Assembly (NCBI GenBank): GCA_965200315.1
Contig: OZ241362.1
Coordinates: forward strand, 3,936,001 to 4,000,000
Direction of reading: 5' to 3'
Source: Candidatus Latescibacterota bacterium
GTDB taxonomy: Bacteria > Latescibacterota > UBA2968 > UBA8231
DNA length: 64,000 bases
Part shown: positions 62,528-64,000 of the stretch, piece after piece
How positions within the stretch are numbered: the stretch's first letter is position 1
Layout of the letters: each line of letters opens with the position of its first letter
The notes under the pieces: generated by a model
Told to the model about the DNA's origin: nothing
Seen by the model: only the letters and a program-made list of their open reading frames with translations
The model's database searches: none
Program-made: the position numbers and the translations under genes

Positions 62528-63952
62528 ATGTTCGAGCGGATCGGCAAAGGTATCAACGTGGATGTCTCCCATCTTGAAGGTGGTCCACCCGAAAAGGTGT
62601 TGTACGATCCTGCCCAGTATGATGCCGTCAAGGCAGCGGGATTCCAAAGCATCCGCTTCTTCGTTGTCGCTGGAGAAGATCCTGCTCTCTACAAAACTAG
62701 GATACAGGACGCGCTTAACCGAGGTCTTGCTGTCGTGATCTGCTTGTGGGGGAGTGGTCAATGGGTATCGAAGCCGAAAGAGGGGATCGAGGAGTTTGTC
62801 GCAATTTGGGATAGAATTGCTCAGTACTACAAGGACTACCCCGGCAGCCTTGTCTTTGAACTTTGGAACGAACCGGCGGGGCTGATAGTGAAACCGGAAG
62901 GGATTCAGGGGATAAGGGACGGCAAAACCGTCATGGAATACCTCAACTCGGCGATCCCCACCATCAGGAAGACCAACCCAGACCGCATTCTCGGAATCGG
63001 CGGACCGGGCTTTAACGGGGGTCGTGAACTCGCAGAATTCGTCACACCGGAATATCTGACGTACAGGCTAAAAGACAGCTCGGGGTTTGCCGACGACGCC
63101 AATATCATCGGCATCTTCCACCTGTATCAACCTCACAAGTTCACGCATGGAACCTCGGGGCTAGACGAAGTTCCGGGATGGAAGGATGAAGTGAGAGAGC
63201 AGCTATCGCACCCGGTGGCATGGTCGAAGAAATGGAGGAAACCTCTGCTTCTAAGCGAATGGGGCGCTTGGGTGCCGCCCTGCCACACGGTTGAAGACTT
63301 CAAGGCCTATATTGGGTTTGTGACCGACGAATGCAAGAAACACAATATCGGCTGGATGTATTATTGTGCAGGGTTCAACAACCAATGGGCCTTCAACATT
63401 CTCAATACCGAGGATGGTTGGAACCAAGACGCACTTGATATTCTTACGGAAGTAACGGCCCCTCCGCCCCCGCCTATGTCGCCACTGATCAATTCGGAGT
63501 TCAGCCGCGGGACCGATCACTGGACCAGCAAAGGGTCCGTGCAGATGTCCGTGGTGAGGAGCGCAGGCCTGAGCGGCCTAGCCGCACTCAAAGTAGAAAT
63601 CGAAAAATCGGACCGTGCCGAAATCTATCAAGAAACCCCCAAGAGAGAGTGGAGTCCTCCGGGTAGGTCCCTGATCTCCTTGAGAAAGGGGAGGCTCTAT
63701 AAGCTATCCTTCTTGGCCAAGTCCGTGGGTGGGATGGGAACTCTCAAGGTGCGATTGGCCGACGTCTCCGGTCCGAGCGATGGATTTTGGACATCCAAGC
63801 CGGTGACAATCTCGAACGCAAAAAGGGAATATACGATTCAGTACAAGCATACTGGCAGGAATGTAAGAGATGTTCGGGTGGCGTTCCTGTTTGGCGACAG
63901 AGACCAAGTTCTCCTGCTAGATCGAATTGCACTGCACGGCTATCGGGAATAG
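62528..63952 (+). CDS. Glycoside hydrolase family 5 with a C-terminal CBM4/9-like module
   Basis: AGFQSIRF, FELWNEP (acid/base), FHLYQP and LSEWG (nucleophile); PPPP linker; LINSEFSRG..HW CBM. AAAGGAG RBS before the ATG at 62528; a start at 62372 would add a signal-like stretch. Confidence 0.88.
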   Translation: MFERIGKGINVDVSHLEGGPPEKVLYDPAQYDAVKAAGFQSIRFFVVAGEDPALYKTRIQDALNRGLAVVICLWGSGQWVSKPKEGIEEFVAIWDRIAQYYKDYPGSLVFELWNEPAGLIVKPEGIQGIRDGKTVMEYLNSAIPTIRKTNPDRILGIGGPGFNGGRELAEFVTPEYLTYRLKDSSGFADDANIIGIFHLYQPHKFTHGTSGLDEVPGWKDEVREQLSHPVAWSKKWRKPLLLSEWGAWVPPCHTVEDFKAYIGFVTDECKKHNIGWMYYCAGFNNQWAFNILNTEDGWNQDALDILTEVTAPPPPPMSPLINSEFSRGTDHWTSKGSVQMSVVRSAGLSGLAALKVEIEKSDRAEIYQETPKREWSPPGRSLISLRKGRLYKLSFLAKSVGGMGTLKVRLADVSGPSDGFWTSKPVTISNAKREYTIQYKHTGRNVRDVRVAFLFGDRDQVLLLDRIALHGYRE

Positions 63953-64000
63953 GTAGCAGCTTCACTTGATGCTGCCTTATCATCAGGGCTTGACGAGTCT

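Overview
This is a bacterial chromosome segment from a diderm organism. The gene mix (FG-GAP/ASPIC-TPR, DUF4159, DUF2723, GHL10-like, double-length UvrA, several Gfo/Idh/MocA) suggests an FCB/PVC-like lineage such as Latescibacterota; the taxonomy is inference only. Bases 1-13.8 kb hold a tightly packed, visibly lower-GC 11-gene envelope operon, the best candidate for an undescribed proton-motive-force-driven envelope machine. It encodes two large paralogous proteins with Asp/Asn-rich Ca-binding-like repeats and beta-strand-rich C-termini, a 1080-aa TPR protein, two lipoproteins, a membrane-anchored DUF4159 protein, a CsgG/FlgT-like protein and an ExbB + 2x ExbD motor. No TonB or TonB-dependent receptor is visible in the window. 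Next come an FG-GAP/TPR protein, a rifampin-phosphotransferase-like enzyme, selB, a YrdC/YciO protein, an AAA ATPase, sppA and a SelA-like PLP enzyme. The 27-39 kb region is a defence patch interleaved with sugar catabolism genes: a SNF2-SWIM helicase, a C5 MTase frameshifted at a C7 tract, an orphan beta-class MTase with an endonuclease remnant, and a Type IIG RM enzyme. The rest is mostly housekeeping (thpR, tandem uvrA, fadD, DUF2723, GT2, namZ, yqgE, dac, rlmH), then tRNA-Val(GAC) and a variable region with a GH5-CBM gene. All family calls come from motif recognition by eye; no database was run.
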